This document shows, in pieces, positions 27,506 through 36,289 of a stretch of 64,000 bases of DNA. A program made the translations under genes and the position numbers. The notes beneath the pieces were generated by a model. It did no database searches and was not told where the DNA came from. It saw only the letters and a program-made list of their open reading frames with translations. The DNA is from an uncultured bacterium (GTDB taxonomy: Bacteria; Bacillota; Limnochordia; DTU080; JAAYLA01): assembly GCA_937983075.1 (NCBI GenBank), contig CALKAQ010000062.1, forward strand, positions 41,277-105,276, given 5' to 3'. How positions within the stretch are numbered: the stretch's first letter is position 1; every line of letters begins with the position of its first letter.

Positions 27506-27637
27506 AGAAAGGACACCCCATTTCTTTTGGTTTAAGGTTATTATTTCTATTCATTACGGTTAATGTCCAGCGTACAAATTCCTCTTTTTATGTAAATGCA
27601 CCTTAGAGATTGAGAAAAATGCACTAGGAACAGTTTC

Positions 27638-29038
27638 CTACAAACGGATCAAACGGGCGACAAAAAAACCGTCCGTATCATTCAGGTGCGGCCATAGTTG
27701 CAAGCGGCCGTGTTGAATTTGCCGTTTTTGCCGGTCGGTGATGGTGGATTGCAACGATTCAGGCAATCGATCGTAGAAAGGATCCGGACGAAAGTCCGGA
27801 TGGTGCGTCAAAAACCAGTCGACATTTTGTCCATTTTCCTCGTCATCGACACTGCATGTGCTGTATAGGAGGACGCCTCCGGGCTGAACCAACTTCGCGG
27901 CTGCCGCCAAAATTTCCCGTTGCAGCGTGACCAGCGAGGCAAAATCGGCTTCAGAACGGGCCCAACGGAGGTCGGGCCTTCGCCGCAGCACGCCGGAACC
28001 GGAACAAGGAGCGTCGACTAAAACGGCTTCTCCAGGCGCGCCTTGGACATGTCGGGCGTCGCCGACGAACGCCTTCACCGATTGGATGCCGAGACGGCGG
28101 CAAGCCTGTTCGACAAGCCGCACGCGGGCGGGATTGACGTCAAGTGCATAGATGGTGCCGTAATCACCCATTCGTTCGGCCAAGTGCGTCGTTTTGCCGC
28201 CGGGAGCGCTGCATACGTCCCATACCCGTTGACCGGGCTTCGGGTCGATGACGATCGCTACGAGTTGCGAACTTTCGTCTTGCGGCGTGCAAAGCCCTTG
28301 TTGAAAGGCTTGCAATTGTTCAACGCCGCCTCCGCCCTTAATCCGGACGGCATCGGGCAAAACGGGTGAAGGCGCCACCTCCACGCCTTCGTCTTTCAGG
28401 CTGCCGATCAGCTCATCGACCGTACAGCGCAGTCGGTTGGTTCGCAACACAATGGGCGCCGGCTCATTGTTGCTTCTGGCGTAGGCTGCAGCATGATCCG
28501 CGCCGTATTGTCGAATCCACCGTTCAATCAGCCACGCAGGATGCGACGTCGTCACGGCTAAATGCTGAACGGGATCCGTGTGCCAATCAGGCGCTTCAAG
28601 GGCGTTCCATCCCCGGGCGACCGCCCGACATACGGCATTGACGAATCCGGCCGCATGCTGGGTGGCCCGATGTTGCTTTACTATGCGAACCGCTTCGGAG
28701 CAAACCGCATGTTCCGGGATGGACCGGAGGTGAATGAGCTGATAAGCAGCGAGTCGCAATGCGTTGCGCACAACGGGATGTTGGCTCGCCAGCGGACGTG
28801 AGACGAAGTGGCTCAGAACCCAGTCCAATTGCCCTTGCCACCGCACAGTGCCATACGTGAGCTCCGTGGCAAAAGCCCGGTCACGAGTGTCGAGCTGACT
28901 TTGCCGGAGCAAACCGTTTAACACCAAATTGGCATACGCCTCATCTTGCTCGATACGGCAAAGCGCCTGCAAGGCCACTTCGCGTGCGCTTTGCAGGCGC
29001 TGAGGTTTTCGCCTGTGAGTAGAACTCGAAGCTGTCAC
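27638..29038 (-). CDS. rsmB: 16S rRNA (cytosine967-C5)-methyltransferase RsmB
   Basis: 466 aa with a NusB-like N-terminal domain, VWDVCSAPGGKT (SAM motif), DAPCSGSG and YSTCS catalytic Cys motifs. Confidence 0.92.
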   Translation of the reverse strand: MTASSSTHRRKPQRLQSAREVALQALCRIEQDEAYANLVLNGLLRQSQLDTRDRAFATELTYGTVRWQGQLDWVLSHFVSRPLASQHPVVRNALRLAAYQLIHLRSIPEHAVCSEAVRIVKQHRATQHAAGFVNAVCRAVARGWNALEAPDWHTDPVQHLAVTTSHPAWLIERWIRQYGADHAAAYARSNNEPAPIVLRTNRLRCTVDELIGSLKDEGVEVAPSPVLPDAVRIKGGGGVEQLQAFQQGLCTPQDESSQLVAIVIDPKPGQRVWDVCSAPGGKTTHLAERMGDYGTIYALDVNPARVRLVEQACRRLGIQSVKAFVGDARHVQGAPGEAVLVDAPCSGSGVLRRRPDLRWARSEADFASLVTLQREILAAAAKLVQPGGVLLYSTCSVDDEENGQNVDWFLTHHPDFRPDPFYDRLPESLQSTITDRQKRQIQHGRLQLWPHLNDTDGFFVARLIRL

Positions 29039-29040
29039 GC

Positions 29041-29757
29041 TTAATCCCTCGCGAGATTGCGCAAGAACAATAGACGGAGGAGCTGCATTACAGCCATCGC
29101 CGTAGCCGCTACATAAGTAAGAGCAGCGGCGGTTAAAACGGCACGGCTGCCTTTGACTTCGTCTTGCTGCAAAAATCCTCCCGCCGTCAAAAGCTTCATC
29201 GCACGTGCGCTCGCGTTGAATTCAACCGGCAGCGTAACGACCTGAAATGCAACCGCTGCAATGAAAAACCAAATGCCGATGTTCATCAGCATTGCACCGA
29301 GGTTGCCGGCGCCGGCCCCCGCACTAAACAGAAAGCCCAGGAAGAACAACGGAAAAGCGGCGCTGGAACCAATTGCGGCAATCGGGAAAAGATTCGTACG
29401 CATCGTCAACGGAACATACGCTTCAGCGTGTTGCAAAGCGTGCCCTGTTTCGTGGGCGGCAACACTGAGCGAAGCGAGGGAACGCCCGTGAAACACTTCG
29501 GGCGAAAGACGCACCGCACGGCTGCGTGGGTCGTAGTGATCGCCCAAGCGCTGTGGAATCTGTTCAACGGGCACATCGCGCAGTCCCGCTCGATCGAGGA
29601 TCGCTCGCGCTACTTGCGCTCCGGTGTATCCGGCGCGAGCCGGCACCTGCAAGTACTTAGCGAACGTGCTTTGAACCTTGGCTTGCGCGTACAGCGCAAA
29701 AAGCATTGCCGGAATGAGAAACAATATCGTTGGATCGAAAAACGTGAAAAACGGCAT
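29041..29757 (-). CDS. YugP-type membrane zinc metallopeptidase
   Basis: Starts at ATG 29757 (SD GGGGGGAG 6 nt upstream). It begins MPFFTFFDPTILFLIPAMLFALYAQAKVQSTF, carries the AAHETGHALQH (HExxH) motif, and has C-terminal TM helices. Confidence 0.8.
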   Translation of the reverse strand: MPFFTFFDPTILFLIPAMLFALYAQAKVQSTFAKYLQVPARAGYTGAQVARAILDRAGLRDVPVEQIPQRLGDHYDPRSRAVRLSPEVFHGRSLASLSVAAHETGHALQHAEAYVPLTMRTNLFPIAAIGSSAAFPLFFLGFLFSAGAGAGNLGAMLMNIGIWFFIAAVAFQVVTLPVEFNASARAMKLLTAGGFLQQDEVKGSRAVLTAAALTYVAATAMAVMQLLRLLFLRNLARD

Positions 29758-29845
29758 TTGAAACTCCCCCCTTTTGCCCGCCAAAACGGACGGGCAAACC
29801 ATGCAACCATGCGTGCACTGGCACAATCGGCCTTCCTAACCATTT

Positions 29846-30805
29846 TTATACGTTTTCAACTTCTCCACTGTCAAGACGCCCCAAACGCTCGCCTACCTCG
29901 ACACGATGCCCGTTGCAAAACGCGTCGGCAGTCAGGCGCTTGCCGTTCTCCGGTTGCAGCTCGGTCAGTAAAAGGATGCCCTCCCCCGTCTGAACGTGTA
30001 TGGCATTTTTTTCAACGGCCACAATCTCACCGGGTTCTGCACCGGAAACTCGGTCGTCCACTTGGGAACGCCATATTTTGAGACGCTTGCCCCTGAAATA
30101 GGTATACGCACCGGGACGAGGCCGTAGGCCTCGGATCACGTTGTGCAGCTGGAACGCGGGGAGCTGCCAATTCAAGCGCTCGTCTTCGGGCCCGATTTTC
30201 GGTGCGTACGTCGCCGCCGTATGATCTTGAGGTATGCGTGGCGCCGTCCCTTGCTCCAGTGCGGCCAACGTATCCACCAGAAGTCGGGCGCCGATCGCGG
30301 CGAGCCGGTCGTGCAAGCTGCCGCTGTCCTCATCAGGTTCAATCGTCACCCGTTGCTGCAAAATGATGTCGCCGGCGTCCATTTCTTCACTCAAAAACAT
30401 GGTGGTGACACCGGTTTCGATTCGCCCGTCCATGATCGCTCGCTGAATCGGGGCGGCGCCACGGTACTCCGGCAACAAAGAAGGGTGCACGTTGATGCAG
30501 CCAAACCGCCCGAGGTTGAGAATGGATGGAGGCAACATGGCTCCAAACGCGACCACGCAGGCAGCGTCGGGCCGCAGCGACTCGAGCTTGGCTTGAACGT
30601 CGGGATCACGCATGCTCGTCGGCTGTACGACTTCAAGCCCGCGTGCAAGTGCTTCTTGTTTAACGGGCGGAGCCTGCAGCTGCTTGCCACGACCGGCAGG
30701 GCGATCGGGCTGCGTGACAACGAGCACGACGTCGTGGCCAGCTTCGACGACAGCCTGAAGTGACGGGACTGCGAATTGCGGCGTCCCCATAAAAACGATA
30801 CGCAT
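29846..30805 (-). CDS. fmt: methionyl-tRNA formyltransferase
   Basis: 319 aa with MRIVFMGTPQFAVPSL, the HPSLLPEYRGAAPIQ motif, and a C-terminal tRNA-binding domain. Confidence 0.95.
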   Translation of the reverse strand: MRIVFMGTPQFAVPSLQAVVEAGHDVVLVVTQPDRPAGRGKQLQAPPVKQEALARGLEVVQPTSMRDPDVQAKLESLRPDAACVVAFGAMLPPSILNLGRFGCINVHPSLLPEYRGAAPIQRAIMDGRIETGVTTMFLSEEMDAGDIILQQRVTIEPDEDSGSLHDRLAAIGARLLVDTLAALEQGTAPRIPQDHTAATYAPKIGPEDERLNWQLPAFQLHNVIRGLRPRPGAYTYFRGKRLKIWRSQVDDRVSGAEPGEIVAVEKNAIHVQTGEGILLLTELQPENGKRLTADAFCNGHRVEVGERLGRLDSGEVENV

Positions 30806-31350
30806 TAACTTTGTTCGGCCTCCTTGCCGATATTCGTGTTCCCCGCGTCGTTCTCGGACGAAGCCGCGGTCTCGTTTTCATCGCTCTCATCGGCTTCAGC
30901 GTCTCGGGCAATTCCCGTTGCCTTGTCAATAAACAAGATGCCGTCCAAATGATCGATCTCATGCTGCAACGCACGAGCCAACCAGCCTTGGGCATCCACC
31001 TTCTTGGGTTTTCCCTTCGCATCCAATCCGGTGACGACAACCCGTTCGTAGCGTTCTACGTAGCCGTAGACCCCTGGAATGCTCAGGCACCCTTCCCGGT
31101 CGATGACCGACCCTTCACCGTGGACCAGCTCCGGGTTGACCAAACAAATCGGACCTTCACCGACATCGACCACAATCAGCCGTTCCGAAATGCCGATTTG
31201 AGGTGCGGCCAACCCCACACCGTCAGCGGCATACATCGTATCCAACATGTCCTGCAGCAGCTTCGTCACCCTTTTGGTTACTTTCGGTACCGGCTTTGCT
31301 TTTTGTCGTAGTACGGGATCCCCTTCCAGCCTGATTTGCAGAACTGCCAA
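30805..31350 (-). CDS. def: peptide deformylase (with acidic C-terminal tail)
   Basis: 181 aa with GVGLAAPQIG, EGCLS and HEIDH motifs. A tail of about 35 aa rich in Asp/Glu/Ser follows the catalytic domain. Confidence 0.95.
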   Translation of the reverse strand: MAVLQIRLEGDPVLRQKAKPVPKVTKRVTKLLQDMLDTMYAADGVGLAAPQIGISERLIVVDVGEGPICLVNPELVHGEGSVIDREGCLSIPGVYGYVERYERVVVTGLDAKGKPKKVDAQGWLARALQHEIDHLDGILFIDKATGIARDAEADESDENETAASSENDAGNTNIGKEAEQS

Positions 31351-31421
31351 TGCCTTTCATCCCTTTCCCTCATCCAAATAGGCTAAGAAGCTGCCTGTAC
31401 TGTACAATAATCTTCCGCTGC

Positions 31422-33716
31422 TTACAAGAGCGAAACAGCGCCGATATCGACAGCCACAGCGACTTCCGCGTCGCGCTGCGCTACCGCCTGCAGCCCGGCT
31501 TCAGCACCCTTGCGAACCGTGTCCGTGTCTCCTTTGATCAATAGATGCCAGCGGTGTTTTCCTTTCAGTTTTTCCAAAGGAGCGGCGGACGGGCCGACGA
31601 GCTGCTCCGGCGAATTCAGGACGGACATGCACCCTTTGGCAGCTTGTTTCGCTGTAGAAGCCACTTTGTGCTGGTCCTCGCCCCAGACAAGGATGCGCGC
31701 CAGCTCGGCATATGGTGGATAGCTGGTTTGTTGGCGATACTCAAGTTCCTGGCTTGCGAATCCCACATAATCGTGGGCTGCAGCGGCCCGAATGGCGTAA
31801 TGATCAGGAGAATATGTCTGGAGGAATACACGTCCTGCGGTGTCCCCACGCCCCGCTCGTCCGGCGACTTGGGCCAAAAGCTGAAAGGTACGCTCCGCAG
31901 CGCGAAAATCGGGGAAATGCAGTGCAATATCCGCGTTCAGCACCCCGACCACCGTGACCCCAGGAAAATCGTGACCTTTAGCGATCATTTGCGTGCCGAT
32001 GAGAATATCCGCCTCTCCAGCGGCAAAACGGCGCAAAATGTCATAATGAGCCCCTTTGCGCGCCGTCGTGTCACGATCCATCCGCAGGACGCGCGCTGCC
32101 GGAAACGCCTTGCTCACTTCGAGCTCAACTCGCTGAGTCCCCGCGCCGAACGGGCGCAAATACGGGCCTTTGCACTGTGGACATGCCGTCAGCACACTCG
32201 TTTCATATCCACAGTAATGACAACAAAGGCGCAAGGGCTGCTGATGATACGTGAGGCTTACCTCGCATGCGTGGCAACGCGGCACGGCCCCACATTCGCG
32301 GCACAAAAGAAAGGAAGCATAGCCCCGCCGATTGAGCAGCAAGATGGCCTGCTCACGCCGAGCCAACGCTTCATGCAGCGCAGCCGTGAGCGAGCGGCTG
32401 AACATCGTCCGGTTGCCTGCGAGCAATTCCTCTCGCATGTCGACGATTTCGGTGGCCGGCAAAGATCGCCCGCCAATGCGCTCAGGCAGGACAACGTAGT
32501 CGATGCGTTTGCTGCGGACCATGTGATACGTTTCCAGGGACGGCGTGGCACTGCCTAAAAGCAGCACTCCCCCTAGGGACTGCATACGCAGCCGCTGCTC
32601 CGCAACTTCACGTGCGTGATAGCGCGGCGCCTCTTCTTGCTTATACGAAGCCTCATGCTCTTCGTCAATAATGATCAAACCGAGGCGTCCGGCAGGAGCG
32701 AAGATTGCGGAGCGAGCCCCGATGACCACATCGACCTCCCCGCTCCGAATGCGCTGCCATTCATCGTAGCGCTCTCCGCTGCCCAAAGCGCTGTGCAAGA
32801 CGGCGACCTTGTCGCCAAAGCGTTTGCGGAAGCGATCGACGGTTTGCGGGGTCAGTGAAATTTCAGGCACCAAAACGATGGCTTGGCGCCCACGCTGAAT
32901 CGCTTCCCCGATCGCTTGCAAATACACTTCAGTTTTTCCACTGCCGGTGACCCCGTGGAGGAGGATCGATGTAAACGAACGCTTGTCTAAAGCCGCGACA
33001 ACCGCATCGACGGCTCGCTGCTGATCCGGTGTGAGCACCGGACGTTCCGCTGCCGTACCGGGCATGTTTTGCACGCCCGGGAGCCTCAGGCGGCGTACAG
33101 TTTCATAGCGAAGATAGCCTTTGCCTTCCAGTGCGCGCAGCGGCCCGTACCCCGCGGACACCGCCATTTGAGCTGCCGGTATGGGGCCGTCGGCGTGCAG
33201 CAACCGGCGCAGAACTTCGGCTTGCCGCGGCGCCCGCTTCTCCAAGCCGTCTGCAATGCGGCGCGCCTCATCGGGCGGAATGGCGAGAGAAACGCCTTGA
33301 ACCGTTCGTTCTTGAACCGGCCTCCGGCGTCGCCGTGAGCTTCCGGGCGGCAAAAAACATTGCAGCGCTTGCACACGCAAGCACAAATAGCGCTCGGCCA
33401 TCCATTCGGCGACGGCAACCTCGGCTTCAGTAAAGGCCGGTTCCTCTTCGACGAGTTCGATGATATCTCTCGGACGAACGACGTCGGGTGCGTCGGACGT
33501 CAGCCCTACGACGAACCCTTCCACACGTTGGCGCGGGCCGAACGGTACATACACCCGATGTCCGACTCGCAATTTGGTCTGCAAAAATGCGGGGATACGG
33601 TAATGAAACGGATGGTCGACTTCAGCGACACGCACATCGACGACTACTTCAGCCCATGTCGCTCTGTCTCGTTCCGTCAACTTCGGTGGAATCTCCTCTC
33701 GCCCTTGGTCAGCCAA
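31422..33716 (-). CDS. priA: primosomal protein N' (replication restart helicase PriA)
   Basis: 764 aa, TTG start. It has HGVTGSGKTEVY (Walker A), DEEHE, and the Cys-rich zinc region (CRECGAVPRCHACEVSLTYH..CHYCGY..CPQC). Confidence 0.93.
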   Translation of the reverse strand: MADQGREEIPPKLTERDRATWAEVVVDVRVAEVDHPFHYRIPAFLQTKLRVGHRVYVPFGPRQRVEGFVVGLTSDAPDVVRPRDIIELVEEEPAFTEAEVAVAEWMAERYLCLRVQALQCFLPPGSSRRRRRPVQERTVQGVSLAIPPDEARRIADGLEKRAPRQAEVLRRLLHADGPIPAAQMAVSAGYGPLRALEGKGYLRYETVRRLRLPGVQNMPGTAAERPVLTPDQQRAVDAVVAALDKRSFTSILLHGVTGSGKTEVYLQAIGEAIQRGRQAIVLVPEISLTPQTVDRFRKRFGDKVAVLHSALGSGERYDEWQRIRSGEVDVVIGARSAIFAPAGRLGLIIIDEEHEASYKQEEAPRYHAREVAEQRLRMQSLGGVLLLGSATPSLETYHMVRSKRIDYVVLPERIGGRSLPATEIVDMREELLAGNRTMFSRSLTAALHEALARREQAILLLNRRGYASFLLCRECGAVPRCHACEVSLTYHQQPLRLCCHYCGYETSVLTACPQCKGPYLRPFGAGTQRVELEVSKAFPAARVLRMDRDTTARKGAHYDILRRFAAGEADILIGTQMIAKGHDFPGVTVVGVLNADIALHFPDFRAAERTFQLLAQVAGRAGRGDTAGRVFLQTYSPDHYAIRAAAAHDYVGFASQELEYRQQTSYPPYAELARILVWGEDQHKVASTAKQAAKGCMSVLNSPEQLVGPSAAPLEKLKGKHRWHLLIKGDTDTVRKGAEAGLQAVAQRDAEVAVAVDIGAVSLL

Positions 33717-33812
33717 CTATACGGTGGCATTGCCCGTGGGAAACCGTAGGCTGCTGAGAGCCGAGTTTCCCACATTCACCGCCAGATGCCGAAAGCCAGC
33801 AAGGGTAGCCTC

Positions 33813-34025
33813 TTACTTGATTCCACCGGTTCGAGTGCGTTCGTAGCGGAGTTTTCCGTTGGCTAGCTCATGGAGGGCGATGGTAACGGGGCGATCCGAG
33901 TCAACCTCGACCAGCGGACGGCTGCCTTCGAGAATTTGGCGCGCACGCTTGGCGGCGGCCACGACAAGGGTGTAACGACTGTCAACGCGTTCCCTTAATA
34001 CGTCGATCGGCGGTTGGTTCATCAT
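33813..34025 (-). CDS. rpoZ: DNA-directed RNA polymerase subunit omega
   Basis: 70 aa. SRYTLVVAAAKRARQI is the RpoZ signature. It lies downstream of gmk with an overlapping stop/start. Confidence 0.9.
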   Translation of the reverse strand: MMNQPPIDVLRERVDSRYTLVVAAAKRARQILEGSRPLVEVDSDRPVTIALHELANGKLRYERTRTGGIK

Positions 34026-34651
34026 GTCAGCCGCATTCCTCCCTCTAAATACTTTGACAGCAGCACATCCTTTTCCAGGCGCGAAACCCGGTTTTTCTCG
34101 GCCCGGATGACAGCCTCGAGCGCCCTCGCTGCCTTTTGAATGTCATCATTCAAGATCCAATAATCATAGTATGAGATCGCCTGCAACTCTTCAAGTGCCG
34201 CTTCAAGCCTTAAGGAAATCGCATCTTCGCCTTCAGTGCCTCTGTTGATGAGCCGATTCCGCAGCTCAGCAATCGAAGGCGGCAACACAAAGACAAACAC
34301 GCCGTCAGGCATACTGGCCTTGATCTGCTTTGCCCCCTGGATGTCAATGTCGGTAATGACGATTTGACCTTGTTCCAGACATTCTTCAACAAACCGCCGT
34401 TCCGTGCCGTAACGATAACCGCAAAATTCGGCCCATTCGAGGAACCGGTTCTCCTCGATGAGTCGATCGAACTCCCCATCGTCGACGAAATAATAATCGA
34501 CCCCATGTTTTTCACCCGGTCGGGGTGGTCGGGTCGTTACAGATACGGAGTAGCGCAGGTCGGGTATAAGAGGCAGCACGGCGTTGAGAAGTGTGTTCTT
34601 GCCCGCCCCTGACGGGCCGCTGATCACCACCAAAAACCCACGACTTCTCAC
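34022..34651 (-). CDS. gmk: guanylate kinase
   Basis: 209 aa with GPSGAGKNT (P-loop) and SVTTRPPRPGE..G.DYYFV. Confidence 0.95.
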   Translation of the reverse strand: MRSRGFLVVISGPSGAGKNTLLNAVLPLIPDLRYSVSVTTRPPRPGEKHGVDYYFVDDGEFDRLIEENRFLEWAEFCGYRYGTERRFVEECLEQGQIVITDIDIQGAKQIKASMPDGVFVFVLPPSIAELRNRLINRGTEGEDAISLRLEAALEELQAISYYDYWILNDDIQKAARALEAVIRAEKNRVSRLEKDVLLSKYLEGGMRLT

Positions 34652-34698
34652 CCTTGTCCTCCATTCTCTACATCTACTTTACCACATGTTGCAACCAA

Positions 34699-34974
34699 TC
34701 AGTCATCCAAATCGGCGGAATTTGCAGCCTGATCGCGACCGGCAAGGCGGTGAGCGACCGTTTCAGGCTGCACGGCGGACAAAATCACGTGATTGGAATC
34801 GGTGATAATAACAGCACGCGTCCGCCTGCCGTACGTCGCATCGATTAAACGTCCTCTGTCACGCCCTTCCTGTACGATACGCTTGATCGGGGCGGATTCG
34901 GGGCTGACGATCGATATGATGCGATTGGCGGCAACAATGTTGCCGAAACCGATGTTGATCAGTCGGATCTCCAT
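34699..34974 (-). CDS. remA: extracellular-matrix/biofilm regulator RemA (YlzA, DUF370)
   Basis: 91 aa. [64 protein letters not shown] is close to the RemA consensus. Confidence 0.92.
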   Translation of the reverse strand: MEIRLINIGFGNIVAANRIISIVSPESAPIKRIVQEGRDRGRLIDATYGRRTRAVIITDSNHVILSAVQPETVAHRLAGRDQAANSADLDD

Positions 34975-35021
34975 AAAGCCGGGATAAGCTCCCTTCTGCT
35001 ACGGCGTTGGCTGAGCCTATA

Positions 35022-35333
35022 TCATGATTCCAATCGTTGCACAAGCTCGGCCTTCTGCCGCTTGCCCAAACCCTGAACGCGTCGATTCGGCGGAATGCCC
35101 AAATCTTCCATGATTCGAGCCGCCGTTACTTTCCCGACTTGTGGCAATGACGTGAGCAAGTATTGCACGCGCATGCGCCCGATCGCCTCGTCATCGACAC
35201 GCTCAAGCACGGCTGCAAGCGACAGTTCACCGCATTTTAATTGCTCCCGGATGCGAGCACGACGGGTCCGCAATTCAACCGCCTTTTGGAGCGCCTGCCT
35301 GCGTTGTTCGTCAGTCAGCTGCGGCAACCCCAT
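35022..35333 (-). CDS. mihF: integration host factor, actinobacterial type (mIHF/sIHF-like)
   Basis: 103 aa. MGLPQLTDEQRRQALQKAVELRTRRARIREQLK..L..VL......IGRMRV..LL.SLPQVGKVTAARIMEDLGI.PNRRVQGLGKRQ parallels, as I recall them, the Mycobacterium/Streptomyces mIHF sequences (..LPQLTDEQR..). Confidence 0.8.
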   Translation of the reverse strand: MGLPQLTDEQRRQALQKAVELRTRRARIREQLKCGELSLAAVLERVDDEAIGRMRVQYLLTSLPQVGKVTAARIMEDLGIPPNRRVQGLGKRQKAELVQRLES

Positions 35334-35354
35334 GGGCCTACCCCCTTGTCGACC

Positions 35355-36233
35355 TCATTCGACGTTCTGCACTTGCTCCCGAACTTTTTCGATCTCGCTC
35401 TTGATCGCTACGACATGATTGCTGATTTCCGTATCATTCGCTTTGCTGCCGATCGTGTTGATTTCACGATTGAGCTCCTGAAGCAAAAAATCGAGTTTGC
35501 GGCCCACTGCAGAGCCACTTTGACAAGAAGCAAGAAATTCTTGAACGTGACTGCGTGCCCGCACGATTTCTTCGGAAATATCCGCCCTTTCTGCAAAAAG
35601 GACGACCTCAGCCGCTATGCGGTCCGGATCGATGGAAACGTCATTCTGCCACTCAGCGACCCTGCGTTGGAGCCGTTCGTGGTAGAGTTGGACGACTTCG
35701 GGGGCTCGTTGGGCGATTTGCTGCAACGCTCCGTCAATCCATTGAATTCGGGCAGAAATGTCGCTGGCCAGTCGTTCGCCTTCAGAACGACGCATTTCCA
35801 CCAATTTGTCCAACGTGCTCTGCAATGCAAACTCAAACGAAGGCCAGACCGTTTCGACGTCAACCTCTTCTTCGGTTACGCGAATAATGTCGGGAAGGGT
35901 TACGAGGGTATCGACGGAGAGACGCCCTTCAAGATCAGCAATCTTTCTTGCTTCTTGTATTGCGTCCATATAGTTTCGGAGCAACTCCGTATCTAGGCTC
36001 ATCGTTCGCCTTTTGCCGGAGAATTCCTCCACCAAAACGAAAATTTCTATTCGCCCACGGGCGACCCGTTCGGACACCACTCGCCGCACTCGTTCTTCAA
36101 GTGCCATGTAAGGCCGAGGCAGCCGAATCGAAATATCGAGATAACGGTGGTTGACGCTGCGCGCTTCGCAACGTACCCTGCGTTCGTCATCCTCGTACAC
36201 GGCGGATCCATAACCCGTCATACTGCTTAACAT
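35355..36233 (-). CDS. yicC: YicC/YloC family stress-induced endoribonuclease
   Basis: Starts MLSSMTGYG (ATG 36233, SD GGGGGG 6 nt upstream). It has the C-terminal DUF1732 motif (GRKLDFLLQELNREINTIGSKAND). Confidence 0.88.
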   Translation of the reverse strand: MLSSMTGYGSAVYEDDERRVRCEARSVNHRYLDISIRLPRPYMALEERVRRVVSERVARGRIEIFVLVEEFSGKRRTMSLDTELLRNYMDAIQEARKIADLEGRLSVDTLVTLPDIIRVTEEEVDVETVWPSFEFALQSTLDKLVEMRRSEGERLASDISARIQWIDGALQQIAQRAPEVVQLYHERLQRRVAEWQNDVSIDPDRIAAEVVLFAERADISEEIVRARSHVQEFLASCQSGSAVGRKLDFLLQELNREINTIGSKANDTEISNHVVAIKSEIEKVREQVQNVE

Positions 36234-36289
36234 GCTGGCCCCCCCTAGCTCGGCCATATTCTAACACCGAGGCCAGGGGGAAGTAAATG

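Noticed and set aside
27506-27637. A sigmaH-type promoter upstream of spo0A was suggested by AGAGGAATT ... ATGAAT.
   Set aside because: The spacing between the -35-like and GAAT elements is about 21-22 nt instead of 11-12. No canonical 0A box was found either.
27625-27640. I considered the hairpin TAGGAA-ACTG-TTCCTA, which overlaps the rsmB stop, as the rsmB terminator.
   Set aside because: It has only a 6-bp A/T-containing stem, and the T-tract starts 5 nt later. That is too weak to call, and read-through into spo0A cannot be excluded.
30805-30910. I considered the acidic Asp/Glu/Ser-rich C-terminal tail of peptide deformylase as a possible fused domain.
   Set aside because: It is a short low-complexity extension with no motif. 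Variable C-terminal tails are common in Def proteins, so it is not considered a separate feature.
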